From the IMG/VR virus record IMGVR_UViG_3300042908_001001, positions 1-64,000 of that record: a stretch of DNA of 64,000 bases. One strand, written 5' to 3'. The notes beneath the pieces are model-generated. The model saw nothing but the letters and a program-made list of their open reading frames with translations, was not told the DNA's origin and searched no databases. Source of the stretch: a virus. Positions 20,035-30,475 of this stretch are shown here, piece by piece (position 1 is the first letter of the stretch; every line of letters starts with the position of its first letter). Both the position numbers and the translations under genes were made by a program.

Positions 20035-21714
20035 TTAACCATAAAAATCAATCACCCAAGATGGATCGTAACCTTCCACAAAACTAAGAACCAAAGCATC
20101 TAAATCGTCAGGAGAGGATAAACCACGCTTTTTCATATCGTCTTTACTTTCAATCAAAATTTTACCAGTAGTGGTGTATTTTGTGATTGGTTGGGACATT
20201 TGATTGATTAAGCTTCCATCATTAGGAATTGACAATAATTCATCCAAGGGATGGTTTTTGATCCCATGAATCACCTCATAGGTTTTCTTGGCACGTTCTC
20301 TGATCAAATACAATCCCTCTGCTCTACAGTTCCTAAATTTCTCCTTACTGGTTTTCCCTTCCCCTTCCCACACCACGTCATCGGACGGTGTACCATTTCC
20401 ATGAAAAGCCGTTACATTGTATGGTCTGTTTTCAATATTCTCGAAAGGATGAGCGCATCCCTCGCCCACTCCGTCCGAGTCAAAAGCAATTTTTTCTAAT
20501 TCAAATTCTCTCATCAACTCATCAGACTTGAAAACGGTAGGAGTAGGCTTTAATCCCCGCCAACGGATCAACGGTTGAACCACGCAACCAACCCGATGAC
20601 AAAAGACGGTTTGATCGCCTTTTTTGCTTACCGATACGTCTAACCCAGCCGCTTTGGTGCTAGACGCTTCAGCTAGTCCGTCAATGCGTAAATGGCTATT
20701 CACACACGCCATGACATATTCAGGGGGGATAACAACGCCTTGGACAGAGCTTGTGAAGTCCATATCGTATTCCTGCGCCCAAATGAGATCCCCTACTTCC
20801 CTACGCTTGGCAATCTCAAAGGGGTAAACGGCTCCTAATGGAGAATCCCAACCCCAACCAGCATCCCATTCATCCTGATTATTTATAGCCCTTTCGTAAC
20901 CATCTATCATTTCTTGATCCCATACAATCTTTTCTCTTTTGGGAGCAAACCATCTTCCCTTAATAGGGTGATCTTTCCAGTGATAACTGAATACAGGGTA
21001 ATCCCCCGATGTCACCTGCTCATAAAATTTATGGGCAGTCCCATAAACCGTTGACACAAAAAAGACATTATCAGCAACCGCACTAAGGGCTGAAATTTTA
21101 GCGTCTGGACGCTCGCAGTGATTCCACTCATCAATAATTACTTCCGTAGCCCGACCGCCGCGACCAAAACTATCGCCTCCAATTCCTGCTATTTCAGACC
21201 CATTGATGGGATTCTTAATAAATCCTGTTTTGTTATTTTCACGACTATCCCATCCCTCTGGTTGCATCCATTTAGGGAGTCGATTTAAAAGCATCCTATA
21301 TTTCTCCATAATGCTCTTAGAACTACCTTTTTCGTCAACGGTAGAGATTACGTTAGCACCGACCCATCCCACATAATAATCAGTGAAAAGCCATGAATGA
21401 ACCTGATTAATCGCTCCTAATACCCAAGTTGCCCCAATATCCCGTGATTTGGGAACACACGCCCATCTGACTTGTCCCTCCACGCGATCGCGTTTCATGG
21501 CATCTACCCAGTTCAATAGTTCCCGTTGCCTTGGGTATAGGATGAACGGGCTAAACGGGGGTGATTCTCTAGGATTAAAAGCAGTTACAAAATTATCACA
21601 CCACCATAATTTGTCACGTTTACACATCTCTAGGCACAACTGCCTAAACTCTAAATCTTTCTCGCATTTATCTATGATTTGATTACGGATAATCAGGTTT
21701 TGTATAGTGTTCAT
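20035..21714 (-). CDS. terL: terminase large subunit
   Basis: LYPRQ, Walker A PKSRDIGATW, IIDE, GLDVS and SPDDLDAL nuclease motifs. Confidence 0.93.
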   Translation of the reverse strand: MNTIQNLIIRNQIIDKCEKDLEFRQLCLEMCKRDKLWWCDNFVTAFNPRESPPFSPFILYPRQRELLNWVDAMKRDRVEGQVRWACVPKSRDIGATWVLGAINQVHSWLFTDYYVGWVGANVISTVDEKGSSKSIMEKYRMLLNRLPKWMQPEGWDSRENNKTGFIKNPINGSEIAGIGGDSFGRGGRATEVIIDEWNHCERPDAKISALSAVADNVFFVSTVYGTAHKFYEQVTSGDYPVFSYHWKDHPIKGRWFAPKREKIVWDQEMIDGYERAINNQDEWDAGWGWDSPLGAVYPFEIAKRREVGDLIWAQEYDMDFTSSVQGVVIPPEYVMACVNSHLRIDGLAEASSTKAAGLDVSVSKKGDQTVFCHRVGCVVQPLIRWRGLKPTPTVFKSDELMREFELEKIAFDSDGVGEGCAHPFENIENRPYNVTAFHGNGTPSDDVVWEGEGKTSKEKFRNCRAEGLYLIRERAKKTYEVIHGIKNHPLDELLSIPNDGSLINQMSQPITKYTTTGKILIESKDDMKKRGLSSPDDLDALVLSFVEGYDPSWVIDFYG

Positions 21715-21793
21715 TTAATTTGTTTTATAATTTTGTTGACATTTTCGTTGAGTTGCCCTATTCTTGGAATAACCTATAAGAGAGGCAATCGCC

Positions 21794-21961
21794 ATGACCA
21801 CATCACAGTTATTTAAAGAAAAAGACAAAGAATATCAGCTTGCTTATGCTTCTTATATGTCGGGAAGTATGGGTTTTGAAGACCTTAAAAAAATAGAGCG
21901 AGAACGTAGTAACTTGCTTTCCAAAGTCAAAAAAGAAATCAAAAAGAGAGTTAACAAATAA
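21794..21961 (+). CDS. small hypothetical protein
   Basis: GAGAGG RBS after a TTGACA promoter; translated by hand, ~55 aa. Confidence 0.5.
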   Translation: MTTSQLFKEKDKEYQLAYASYMSGSMGFEDLKKIERERSNLLSKVKKEIKKRVNK

Positions 21962-21966
21962 TAGCC

Positions 21967-22251
21967 ATGAATACAGGATTGCCTAAAGACTACTCAAAAA
22001 GAAATTATCCTATTTCTAAAGAGCAAAACACTAAATTCACACAAGCTAAATCAATAGAATTTGAATCATTCAGTATTGTCAAGTCATTAAAAACACCATT
22101 ACTTGTGGAGATTGTGGAAAAGATAGAATCCGTAAACTCCAAAAAAGAATGGGATTTGATTTTATCTACTTACGGGCATGACGCAATTCAATATATCCAA
22201 GATGAATACTTAACAGATAAAATCAATAACAAAATATCGTCTTTTTGTTGA
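21967..22251 (+). CDS. hypothetical protein
   Basis: 94-aa ORF. Confidence 0.55.
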   Translation: MNTGLPKDYSKRNYPISKEQNTKFTQAKSIEFESFSIVKSLKTPLLVEIVEKIESVNSKKEWDLILSTYGHDAIQYIQDEYLTDKINNKISSFC

Positions 22252-23130
22252 TTATTTTTTCTTGTATTTTTCGTCAATAATACAAGGGACTGCATTACTC
22301 CATATTGGGAAATGATGTAGTCTTTTGTGTGTTACTCCCATCATACGAATACACACAAAAGACGGAGAACAAATAAGAGTATAAAAGCTCTTAACATACG
22401 TTCCAGACATCTTATATAAATCCGACATTCCCCCTTCCGACTCCTGAGTAGTTGCCTGATTAATAGATATTAGTGGGATTGTCAAAAATACATTACCCAC
22501 AGAACCCAGTCTAGTATAGGTATTTACGTCTTCATTTATCCTGCCAAAAAACTTAAATGGGCGTTTTGTTGAGCAAATAAAACTGTTCATACACTTTCTT
22601 TTTATAAATGGATATTTCCCGTTTTTATACCCAAAGTTATTCCCCCCACCGATAAAATCACCCCTCTGAGAAAATGCAATAGACAATACTCTATCATCAA
22701 CATCAAAATAGTTAATTAAAGACAAAATAATTGAATCTATATTTTTTATTTCTCTCTGTTTAAAAACACCGTTCTCATCTTCTGTAAAAGAGAAATTACT
22801 ATAGTCATCATCTAACTGCATAAAATAAGCTATGCCTAGATTCTTTGCAATATCAAAACAGGCGTTTCTAGCATAAATAATCGCCCTTCTATCTCCAAAA
22901 TTATCAAACTCGTCAAATGTTTTCGAGATAGCTAACTTGTCAAACATAATGACATTTTCTTTTCCAAAATTCTCATAATACTTATCGGCTGTTTTATCCT
23001 CATTATCTATCACAATATAAACACGCCCAGTGTATCCACATCGTTGTAATGTGCGGCAAGTCTTTACATTATCAGGTCTTCCGTGAGTGAGGATAAAAAT
23101 AGCAAAGTCTTCTAGTTTACTCATCACCAT
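22252..23130 (-). CDS. GT-A fold glycosyltransferase, TAGT/GREB1-like (DNA base modification)
   Basis: FAIFILTHGRP, YARN, QLDDD (DxD), GRINED, TQ...GGM. Confidence 0.75.
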   Translation of the reverse strand: MVMSKLEDFAIFILTHGRPDNVKTCRTLQRCGYTGRVYIVIDNEDKTADKYYENFGKENVIMFDKLAISKTFDEFDNFGDRRAIIYARNACFDIAKNLGIAYFMQLDDDYSNFSFTEDENGVFKQREIKNIDSIILSLINYFDVDDRVLSIAFSQRGDFIGGGNNFGYKNGKYPFIKRKCMNSFICSTKRPFKFFGRINEDVNTYTRLGSVGNVFLTIPLISINQATTQESEGGMSDLYKMSGTYVKSFYTLICSPSFVCIRMMGVTHKRLHHFPIWSNAVPCIIDEKYKKK

Positions 23131-23986
23131 AATCCTCTAAATATTGGTTAGCAATTTCTTCTTTTAATTTGACATAACCAAGTCTCAACGCTTTGTCAAA
23201 ATCAATAATAACTAAAGCAGAATCTTCCATTAGAGATTGAACTTCTTTGTTTGAATGTGCATAAAAATCCGCTATATCTTGATAATTAAAAACAATATGC
23301 CTAGTCGCACATTTTATTAAAAATTCTTTTTCTTCTTTTGTAATATTAGATTCTTGAATATCATTGATCAACTCATTGTATCTGGTGTCATTATAAAGAT
23401 TTTGTATTAATGGCTTATCTTCACTCGGTTCATATATTGGAGCGTCTATTTTATGGGAATATTGACTATCTAAAACATTATTATTTTCTTCTTCCGTAGA
23501 ACCGACTACATTATTGTTGACATTATCCCCAATAACTTGACTACCTTGAAACTCAGTTCCATTCTCCTCATCATTATTAAACCCTGCTAACAAACCAGAT
23601 AAATCATTAGAGTTAAAACCCGTAAAATCAAGATTATAATCATTCAATTGTAATGATTCAAACTCAATCTTTAATAGTTCATTATCCCACCCTGATAATT
23701 CACCAGCACGATTATCCGCAACCCTAGCCGCTTTGACCTCAATCGGTGCTAAATCATCCCTAACAATAACAGGAACCTGTTTAAGAGCTAATTTTAGGGA
23801 AGCTAAACGTCTTCCATGCCCTTTGATAATGACATTTTTAGAATCGACAACAATGGGAACATCAAAACCAAATTCTGCAATCATACTAGCAAGCGTTGTT
23901 ATTTGCTCATCAGAATGCGTCCTAGTATTATTCACATAGGGAATTAAATCTTTCGGATCACGATATTCAATCTTTACTTGGGACAT
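23117..23986 (-). CDS. ParB/Srx N-terminal domain fused to a conserved phage domain
   Basis: LIPYVNNTRTH...FGFDVPIVVD...IIKGHGRR...ADNR; C-terminal RHIVFNYQDIADFYAH...SALVIIDF. Confidence 0.8.
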   Translation of the reverse strand: MSQVKIEYRDPKDLIPYVNNTRTHSDEQITTLASMIAEFGFDVPIVVDSKNVIIKGHGRRLASLKLALKQVPVIVRDDLAPIEVKAARVADNRAGELSGWDNELLKIEFESLQLNDYNLDFTGFNSNDLSGLLAGFNNDEENGTEFQGSQVIGDNVNNNVVGSTEEENNNVLDSQYSHKIDAPIYEPSEDKPLIQNLYNDTRYNELINDIQESNITKEEKEFLIKCATRHIVFNYQDIADFYAHSNKEVQSLMEDSALVIIDFDKALRLGYVKLKEEIANQYLEDYGDE

Positions 23987-24261
23987 TGCAATAAAAGCTC
24001 CTGATATTTTTCTCTTGAATCTTGCTCAATCTTTACCCCTTTTTCGATATTAGAAGTTAGTTGAGCAAATAACTTTCCATAATCATCGGTCTTGATTTCA
24101 TTATTTTTTAACTTAGTCAAAACCTTCAGACCTTCCGATTGCAAAGCCCGACCTAATTCGATTTGTTGCTTTACCGATGACATGGTTTCATCATAGAAAG
24201 CTTGTCTAACTATCAACGGCGCGATCTCCGTAGCCCTTAACTGCCTTTCTGAAATTGCCAT
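23974..24261 (-). CDS. hypothetical protein
   Basis: 95-aa helical ORF overlapping the ParB start. Confidence 0.55.
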   Translation of the reverse strand: MAISERQLRATEIAPLIVRQAFYDETMSSVKQQIELGRALQSEGLKVLTKLKNNEIKTDDYGKLFAQLTSNIEKGVKIEQDSREKYQELLLQCPK

Positions 24262-24301
24262 AAATGAATAAGTAGAATTGTTTTAATAATAGCACAACAT
24301 T

Positions 24302-24805
24302 TTAACCCTGTAATTTCTTCGTCAATTCTTGCATCAATTCATTTTGAGTCATTTCAGAATAATCCTTTTTCCCTCCCTCTTTTTTCTGCTCAAACTCAGT
24401 CAATAACCTGACATTGATAGTATCCATCCCTAATAATCCCTGTAAATGCTTAGTGATAACCGTCATTTGACTGATAGCGGCTGTCTTAGCCCTCATGAAG
24501 GCTACTTTATCCTTTGGACTCTCACAGTCTTTTATTTCATCCTTTATCGTCTTTATATCCTCACAGCAAGCTTCGTATTGACTGTTGTAACGTTCCCACA
24601 ATACAAAAAACTGAGTAGCACCGTCCCCCGCGTCAGGATTAATATTTGCTTTGATATGTAAATTTAGATAGCGGTAAATTCTCCAAAGTTCATCTTCTGG
24701 CAGTCCGATGTAATCGGCGATCGCGGCGTGACTCTTGCCCTCAACGTATAGCTTCCATATTTCACCACACAGACTTAAGCTAGGCTCTACCGTAATCTCA
24801 CTCAT
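24302..24805 (-). CDS. probable terminase small subunit
   Basis: N-terminal HTH (GKSHAAIADYIG), coiled coil, DYSEMTQNEL tail; upstream of terL on the same strand. Confidence 0.5.
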   Translation of the reverse strand: MSEITVEPSLSLCGEIWKLYVEGKSHAAIADYIGLPEDELWRIYRYLNLHIKANINPDAGDGATQFFVLWERYNSQYEACCEDIKTIKDEIKDCESPKDKVAFMRAKTAAISQMTVITKHLQGLLGMDTINVRLLTEFEQKKEGGKKDYSEMTQNELMQELTKKLQG

Positions 24806-24888
24806 AAAATAAAATGTTTTATAAATTTTGTTGACATTTTAATAGTAACCCTGTAAAGTTAATAAAGATTCAATTTTAGAGGTATCTA

Positions 24889-25092
24889 ATGCCAAAAGTT
24901 TATAGTATCGGAACTCCTGAAAAAACATTGCTTGACAACGTTTCAGGTATTGCAAAAAACAGATTTATTGAGCAAATATCTTCCGAAGACTTCTCTATCG
25001 GCTACGCTGTATCAGTTTCCAATATGGACGGAAAAACACTGATTGTCACAGATAATCACGTTTTAGTAGTTAATCCCGTAGAGGCCGAATAA
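24889..25092 (+). CDS. hypothetical protein
   Basis: GAGGT RBS after a promoter. Confidence 0.6.
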   Translation: MPKVYSIGTPEKTLLDNVSGIAKNRFIEQISSEDFSIGYAVSVSNMDGKTLIVTDNHVLVVNPVEAE

Positions 25093-26223
25093 ATGTTAAC
25101 AATCAATGCCAGTGTTTTATTAGAGGCAATAAAAACCGTATCCCCCGCCGTTCCATCCCGTCCTACCCATCCTATTCTAGGAAATATTATCGTAGAGACA
25201 AAAGGCAATCAAGTAACCTTAAAAGCCTTTGACTTATCCACTGGCATTATTGTTACAATCCCCAACATTGAAGTGACAGTTGAAACCGTGATCGCATTAC
25301 CCGCAAAGTTATTTGAAAGCATTGTTGGAAGCCTTGAAGGTGATGTTACTTTTGTTTTTGTCGATATTGATCCCGATAGTCAAAACAAACAAATCGGATT
25401 AAAGGATAAAGATTCATACTCAAAAATCAGCTTTTTATCTGCTGATGAGTTTCCAGAGTTGCCTGAAGTTACAGAAAACTCAATTGAGTTTGATACTGAA
25501 ATCTTTAAGGCCTTAGCGAGTGCAACTCTTTATTCCTGCTCTACCGATGAAACAAAACAAGTTTTAACGGGTGTTCATATTGATTCACAGCCCCAAAAAA
25601 TTGAATTTGCTTCGACCGATGGACACCGTTTGACTAAGGCTTCACACACTTGGGAAGAACCAAATACTAGCGAACCAGTAGCATTAACAATCCCTGCAAA
25701 ATCAATTTCATCCATTCTCAAGGTAGTTGATAGTACAAAATCGTTTACCCTGTTTTTTGATGATAATCAAATCGGTATTAAAACCGATAACAAAACAATC
25801 ACTACTCGCAAATTAGAAGGGGCTTACCCTGCCTATAATCAATTAGTCCCTGCACACTTTGAAAAGAAGGCAATTTTTAACACCAAGGCATTCACAAAAG
25901 CCCTTAATTTTGCTTCCCTTGCAACGGATGATAAGAATCAACTTATTGTACTTTCTTTTCGGAAGGGAAAAGACATCTGCACTATTTACGCTCAAAATCA
26001 ATCGGTAGTTTCTAACCAGTCAAATTGCCCCACTGAAGTGACTGGAATTGATGATATTTTTGAAATTGCTCTTAACTATAAGTACGCATCAGAAGCAATT
26101 AAAAACCTTAAATGTGGTGAGTTTACCTTGAATATGAATCTTGATATTCAACCCGTCACCATGACCCCGTTAGGCGGAGCGAATATTACCGCTTTAGTTA
26201 TGCCTGTAAAAATAGTGAGATAA
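25093..26223 (+). CDS. dnaN: DNA polymerase III beta sliding clamp
   Basis: AVPSRPTHPILG, ADEFPELP, DETKQVLTGV, STDGHRL, LEGAYPAYNQL, LVMPV; cyanobacterial-type sequence. Confidence 0.95.
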   Translation: MLTINASVLLEAIKTVSPAVPSRPTHPILGNIIVETKGNQVTLKAFDLSTGIIVTIPNIEVTVETVIALPAKLFESIVGSLEGDVTFVFVDIDPDSQNKQIGLKDKDSYSKISFLSADEFPELPEVTENSIEFDTEIFKALASATLYSCSTDETKQVLTGVHIDSQPQKIEFASTDGHRLTKASHTWEEPNTSEPVALTIPAKSISSILKVVDSTKSFTLFFDDNQIGIKTDNKTITTRKLEGAYPAYNQLVPAHFEKKAIFNTKAFTKALNFASLATDDKNQLIVLSFRKGKDICTIYAQNQSVVSNQSNCPTEVTGIDDIFEIALNYKYASEAIKNLKCGEFTLNMNLDIQPVTMTPLGGANITALVMPVKIVR

Positions 26224-26226
26224 TTT

Positions 26227-26799
26227 ATGATTTTACCTGATTGGATGATTACAAGTTTATGCAAAGGTTTTATCCCCTTTGCAATAATGGAATATTGCGA
26301 AAATATTGGGTATAGCACGGGCAAAAGCTTGGAAAAGCCAATGGTGACACCGTTTGATCCTGAATTAGTTAATCCTGCTTCCCTAGATATTCGGGTTGGC
26401 AATACGGCTAAATTAAGGACTCAAAAAGGGTACAAAGATATTGATTTGTCCAAGTATTCAAAAGAATCACCCTACGCATTAAAACAGAGCGATCGCGTCT
26501 TGATTGACTCCCTAGAGACATTTAAGCTTCCTAACTTTATATGCGCTCAATTCAGGCTTAAAAGCTCAAGAGGGCGCGAATGGTACGAACACATGGAAGC
26601 GGGTTTTTGTGACCCAGGATGGCACGGTTCAAAGTTGACAATGGAAATTATCAATATGGATTTAGAGCCATTACCGCTTTACACAGGGTTAAGAATGGGT
26701 CAATTAATCTTTAGTTTGATGCTTGCAATTCCCGAAAAAGATTATTCTCAAACGGGAAGATATAACAATGATGAAAAAGTACAGGAGAGTAAGGGTTGA
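26227..26799 (+). CDS. dcd: dCTP deaminase
   Basis: VNPASLDIR, LKSSRGR, AGFCDPGWHG..LTME. Confidence 0.9.
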   Translation: MILPDWMITSLCKGFIPFAIMEYCENIGYSTGKSLEKPMVTPFDPELVNPASLDIRVGNTAKLRTQKGYKDIDLSKYSKESPYALKQSDRVLIDSLETFKLPNFICAQFRLKSSRGREWYEHMEAGFCDPGWHGSKLTMEIINMDLEPLPLYTGLRMGQLIFSLMLAIPEKDYSQTGRYNNDEKVQESKG

Positions 26800-26953
26800 T
26801 TATGATGACAGCAGATGAATGTCCAGATAAAGCTAGTCATACACCATGCCCTGAAACCTATCGTAGCTTTGTTGCATGGGCTGATAATATATCTAAAACT
26901 CATAAACAAATCAAATGTCCGACCTGTAATTTATTTGCTATTTGGATACTAAA

Positions 26954-27325
26954 ATGACAAATCTATCCATTCCCGAACCCCCGCCTATCCCTAATGACAA
27001 TCCTAGTATTCATGATTTAGTCGTGGAGGATTTAAAAAAGGATACTTACATTGTCCTAACAAAAGATATTTTAGATCGTAAAGCTTTTGGGCTTAAAAAG
27101 TATGGAGTTCCTTTACAGCAAGGCAATAGCCGAAACCCGTTAAGAGATGCTTTTCAAGAAGTATTGGATGCGATCTGTTACATCAAACAAGAAGCAATGC
27201 AGTCTAATAGTTTGGAGTCAAAAACGCTTTATTTTAAACTGATAGATATAGCAGAAGACCTTAAGGATTTAATCGAAAATAAACCAGAACAAGGAACAAA
27301 TATTTCAGTATTAGGAGATAAGTAA
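26954..27325 (+). CDS. small all-alpha NTP-pyrophosphatase-like (MazG-like) protein
   Basis: R..FGLKKYG..L...DAFQEVLDAICY; located between dcd and thyA. Confidence 0.45.
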   Translation: MTNLSIPEPPPIPNDNPSIHDLVVEDLKKDTYIVLTKDILDRKAFGLKKYGVPLQQGNSRNPLRDAFQEVLDAICYIKQEAMQSNSLESKTLYFKLIDIAEDLKDLIENKPEQGTNISVLGDK

Positions 27326-28149
27326 TGAACGTAAACAACGAATATCAACGCCTATTAGCTACCATCTTACATGGCGGCGATCGCGTTACAACCCGTAACC
27401 ATGATTGTATTAGTGACATTGACGGGATAAAGGCAAGTTTTGATTATTTCCCATTAGTTACTCTCAGGAAAATTGCGCCGAAAAAGGCTATTCGAGAAAT
27501 GGAATGGTTCATAAGTGGAGATACTAAATGCCCTGATGAATTGCTTGATTGGTGGGATGGACAACTGAATCCCGATGGGCATTATATACATGGATATGGA
27601 CATCAATTAAGAAATTTTAATTATGGATTTGATCAAATTGCCTTTGTAGCTAAAGCATTAAAAGAACACCAAAATAGTCGCAGGATTGTAACGACAACTT
27701 GGAATCCTGAAGAAATGGCAGAAATAACAGAAATAAATCAAAATCCAAACACACCCACGACTTGTCACGGAACTGAAACTCAGTTTTTTGTAAGGAATGG
27801 CAATCTATCAATTCACACTGTTCAACGGTCAGGTGATATACTCTTAGGAGTACCCCATAATTGGGTACAGTATTGGGCTTTGCTGTTGTTTTTTGCCCAT
27901 CATTCAGACTTGGGAGTAGGGAAGTTAGTTTGGACTTTCGGGGATGCCCACATCTATGATGATCCGAGCCATTTAGATTGTGCTAATGAAATTTTAAACG
28001 GTCAATCTTCAAAGGAAAAACCAGACTTAATTTATAAATATTCTGGGGGAGTTGATCATGTTGGATTGCCCGCTTTCAAGGCTTCTGATTTTACTATTGT
28101 CGGGACTATTCCTAAACCAGTAACCACAATTAAGCCAATATTATTTTAA
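27325..28149 (+). CDS. thyA: thymidylate synthase family protein
   Basis: YGHQLR, SRR, TCH, QRSGD, PHN, GDAHIY. Confidence 0.85.
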   Translation: MNVNNEYQRLLATILHGGDRVTTRNHDCISDIDGIKASFDYFPLVTLRKIAPKKAIREMEWFISGDTKCPDELLDWWDGQLNPDGHYIHGYGHQLRNFNYGFDQIAFVAKALKEHQNSRRIVTTTWNPEEMAEITEINQNPNTPTTCHGTETQFFVRNGNLSIHTVQRSGDILLGVPHNWVQYWALLLFFAHHSDLGVGKLVWTFGDAHIYDDPSHLDCANEILNGQSSKEKPDLIYKYSGGVDHVGLPAFKASDFTIVGTIPKPVTTIKPILF

Positions 28150-28263
28150 GAAGACTTGTTTATGGAATACCTCGTTCTAGCTATCATATTCTTTGTTGCC
28201 GCTTTTATCTACATGGAAGCTTGATCGATAAAAACGCTATAATTATTTTAAGGAGATAAAACG

Positions 28264-28530
28264 ATGATTGAGATTGAGCAACCACAACCCCATAAAATAT
28301 CTGTAAGCCTAGACTCGTTTAGCCCGTCATCAAAAAATATTGTAATGATTGATGATAAGGAGATTATAGCGAGTGAGATAACGATAAAAACTGCAATCAA
28401 TAAGCCAACATCAGTTACGATTACAATGCCTTATTGTGAAGTTCAAGCATTGATTAATTCACGATCAAATATTGCCTTGATTCCAAAAGTTAAATCAACT
28501 TTTGATAAAGTTGAAACTTGCAATCAATAA
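28264..28530 (+). CDS. hypothetical protein
   Basis: AAGGAG RBS. Confidence 0.6.
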   Translation: MIEIEQPQPHKISVSLDSFSPSSKNIVMIDDKEIIASEITIKTAINKPTSVTITMPYCEVQALINSRSNIALIPKVKSTFDKVETCNQ

Positions 28531-28668
28531 AGCATCGCCAGAATTGCGGGAATGCTTAAATCACGCAAAAAGATTTGTCTAGGCATTAATCTGAATTATT
28601 TTAAATCCTGTTATTATTAAGGTAACAGGATTTGTCTAAATAAAATGTTAACGGGCTAAGGTTTAACA

Positions 28669-30474
28669 ATGACAGAAAATATTACAATAAGACAAGGGGA
28701 AACTTACTATTTTCCACCATTTGAGATTGATGGTGACTGGACAGGAGGGGTCTGTCGTGGACAAATCAGGGATGATTATAAGTACCTTGATGGTTCAGTC
28801 TTGGCTTATTTGCAATTTGAGGCTTTAACCTATGATCCTGCTACAGAGAAAACAACGGTAAAGCCTTATATTGATCATCAGTTCACATCGTCAATTCCGC
28901 CGCATCCCAAGTGGAAAAGGGGGAGTATTCTTTCGGAAAAAAACGCTTACTTGCTCGACATTGAAATTGAAAAAGATGGGGTAGTTACGAAAACTGATAC
29001 CAACCTTGTAGAGATTATTCCAGAGGTAACAGATAACTCAATCGTAGTTGATCCCCCGATTATTTGGGACGGAAGCATTGATCGTGTTGAATTGACAGAA
29101 GCTAATGGATTGATCAAAACTTATACGGTTTGGGGGACTCCAAACGAAACAGTCAATCTTGGAACCTTTGATGTTGCGGATGGACAAGATGGTGAGGATG
29201 GAGAAGATGGTGAGGATGGAGAAAACGGCGTAGGGGTTGAGTCGGTAACTTATAACGAGTCAACGAATACATTGACTGTTACTTTAACCGATGGAACCTT
29301 AACTGAAACGGGAAGCTTAAAGGGAGGCAAAGGAGATCAGGGTGATAGTATTGACAGCGTTGATTTGTCTGAAACAAATGGATTAATTAAAACTTATGAA
29401 ATAACCAGCAACAACCAGGTTATTGGTACGTTTAATATTGCAGATGGTGCCGATGGTAATAATGCTGATTTAGATCCGTTAACGATTAAAACTCGTTACG
29501 AATCAAATGCAAACACTAACGCTTTTACTGATGCTGAAAAGACTAAACTTGCAAATTTAGAAACGACCCTTAGTGCAAAAGCTGATTTGATTGGGGGTGT
29601 AATTCCTAATAGTCAAATTCCTAGTATTGCAATTACTGAATTTTTAGGAGAAGTTGCTAATGAATCGGCAATGCTTGCTTTAGTCGGACAAAAAGGAGAT
29701 TGGGCTATTCGCGTTGATACAAGCTCAATGTGGATTTTAACTGGCAATACTCCCTCAAGTTTGGATAATTGGTTAGATGTCCCTACGCCTTCCAGTGGGG
29801 TTGCCAGCGTTAATGGTCATCAAGGGATCGTCGTTTTAAGCTATTCAGACGTAGGGGCGGCAAGCTCGGCACAAGGCACAAAAGCTGATACAGCTTTACA
29901 GCATGGTGATATTGGAGTTTCTGTTCAATCCTATAACGTAAATACCGTAATTGATGCGTCTTATGTTCGTACCGACAATAATTATACAAACACTGAAAAG
30001 ACTAAGCTCGCAGGAATTGAGTCGGGCGCACAGGTAAACGTCCGATCTGACTGGAACGCTACTAGTGGTAATGCCCAAATATTAAACAAGCCTACTCTAG
30101 GAACGGCGGCGGCAACAGACACATCAAGTTATGCTACTGCGGCGCAGGGCGCGAAAGCTGATACGGCTTTACAACCAAAACAAAAAAATGTTGTGTCTGT
30201 TAATTCAACCGTAAACCTAACATTAAACTCAGTTTATTATCAGTTTTATACCCCGACTGTTGCATCAGTTGACGTGATTTGTCCTGCCCTAACAATCGGT
30301 GATAATTTTGAGATTGAAATCTTTAATAAGCATGAAACAAATGCTTTGGTTATTAAAGATAGTGCATCTAATACATTAGGAACCTTAAGCCCAACGTCTA
30401 TTACGGAAGATCGTAGTTGTCGTCTTTTTTGGGACGGTGCTGATTTACATTACTTGCCTTTAGGAGGTTATTAA
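28669..30474 (+). CDS. tail fibre / receptor-binding protein
   Basis: Adaptor-like N-terminus, GED collagen-like triplets, duplicated SIDxVxLxExNGLIKTY block, AQGxKADTALQ repeats. Confidence 0.8.
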   Translation: MTENITIRQGETYYFPPFEIDGDWTGGVCRGQIRDDYKYLDGSVLAYLQFEALTYDPATEKTTVKPYIDHQFTSSIPPHPKWKRGSILSEKNAYLLDIEIEKDGVVTKTDTNLVEIIPEVTDNSIVVDPPIIWDGSIDRVELTEANGLIKTYTVWGTPNETVNLGTFDVADGQDGEDGEDGEDGENGVGVESVTYNESTNTLTVTLTDGTLTETGSLKGGKGDQGDSIDSVDLSETNGLIKTYEITSNNQVIGTFNIADGADGNNADLDPLTIKTRYESNANTNAFTDAEKTKLANLETTLSAKADLIGGVIPNSQIPSIAITEFLGEVANESAMLALVGQKGDWAIRVDTSSMWILTGNTPSSLDNWLDVPTPSSGVASVNGHQGIVVLSYSDVGAASSAQGTKADTALQHGDIGVSVQSYNVNTVIDASYVRTDNNYTNTEKTKLAGIESGAQVNVRSDWNATSGNAQILNKPTLGTAAATDTSSYATAAQGAKADTALQPKQKNVVSVNSTVNLTLNSVYYQFYTPTVASVDVICPALTIGDNFEIEIFNKHETNALVIKDSASNTLGTLSPTSITEDRSCRLFWDGADLHYLPLGGY

Positions 30475-30475
30475 A

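Noticed and set aside
20031-20039. Late-motif match at the end of terL
   Set aside because: It overlaps the GGT TAA stop and is followed only by a 13-codon ORF and a terminator; a few chance matches are expected in AT-rich DNA
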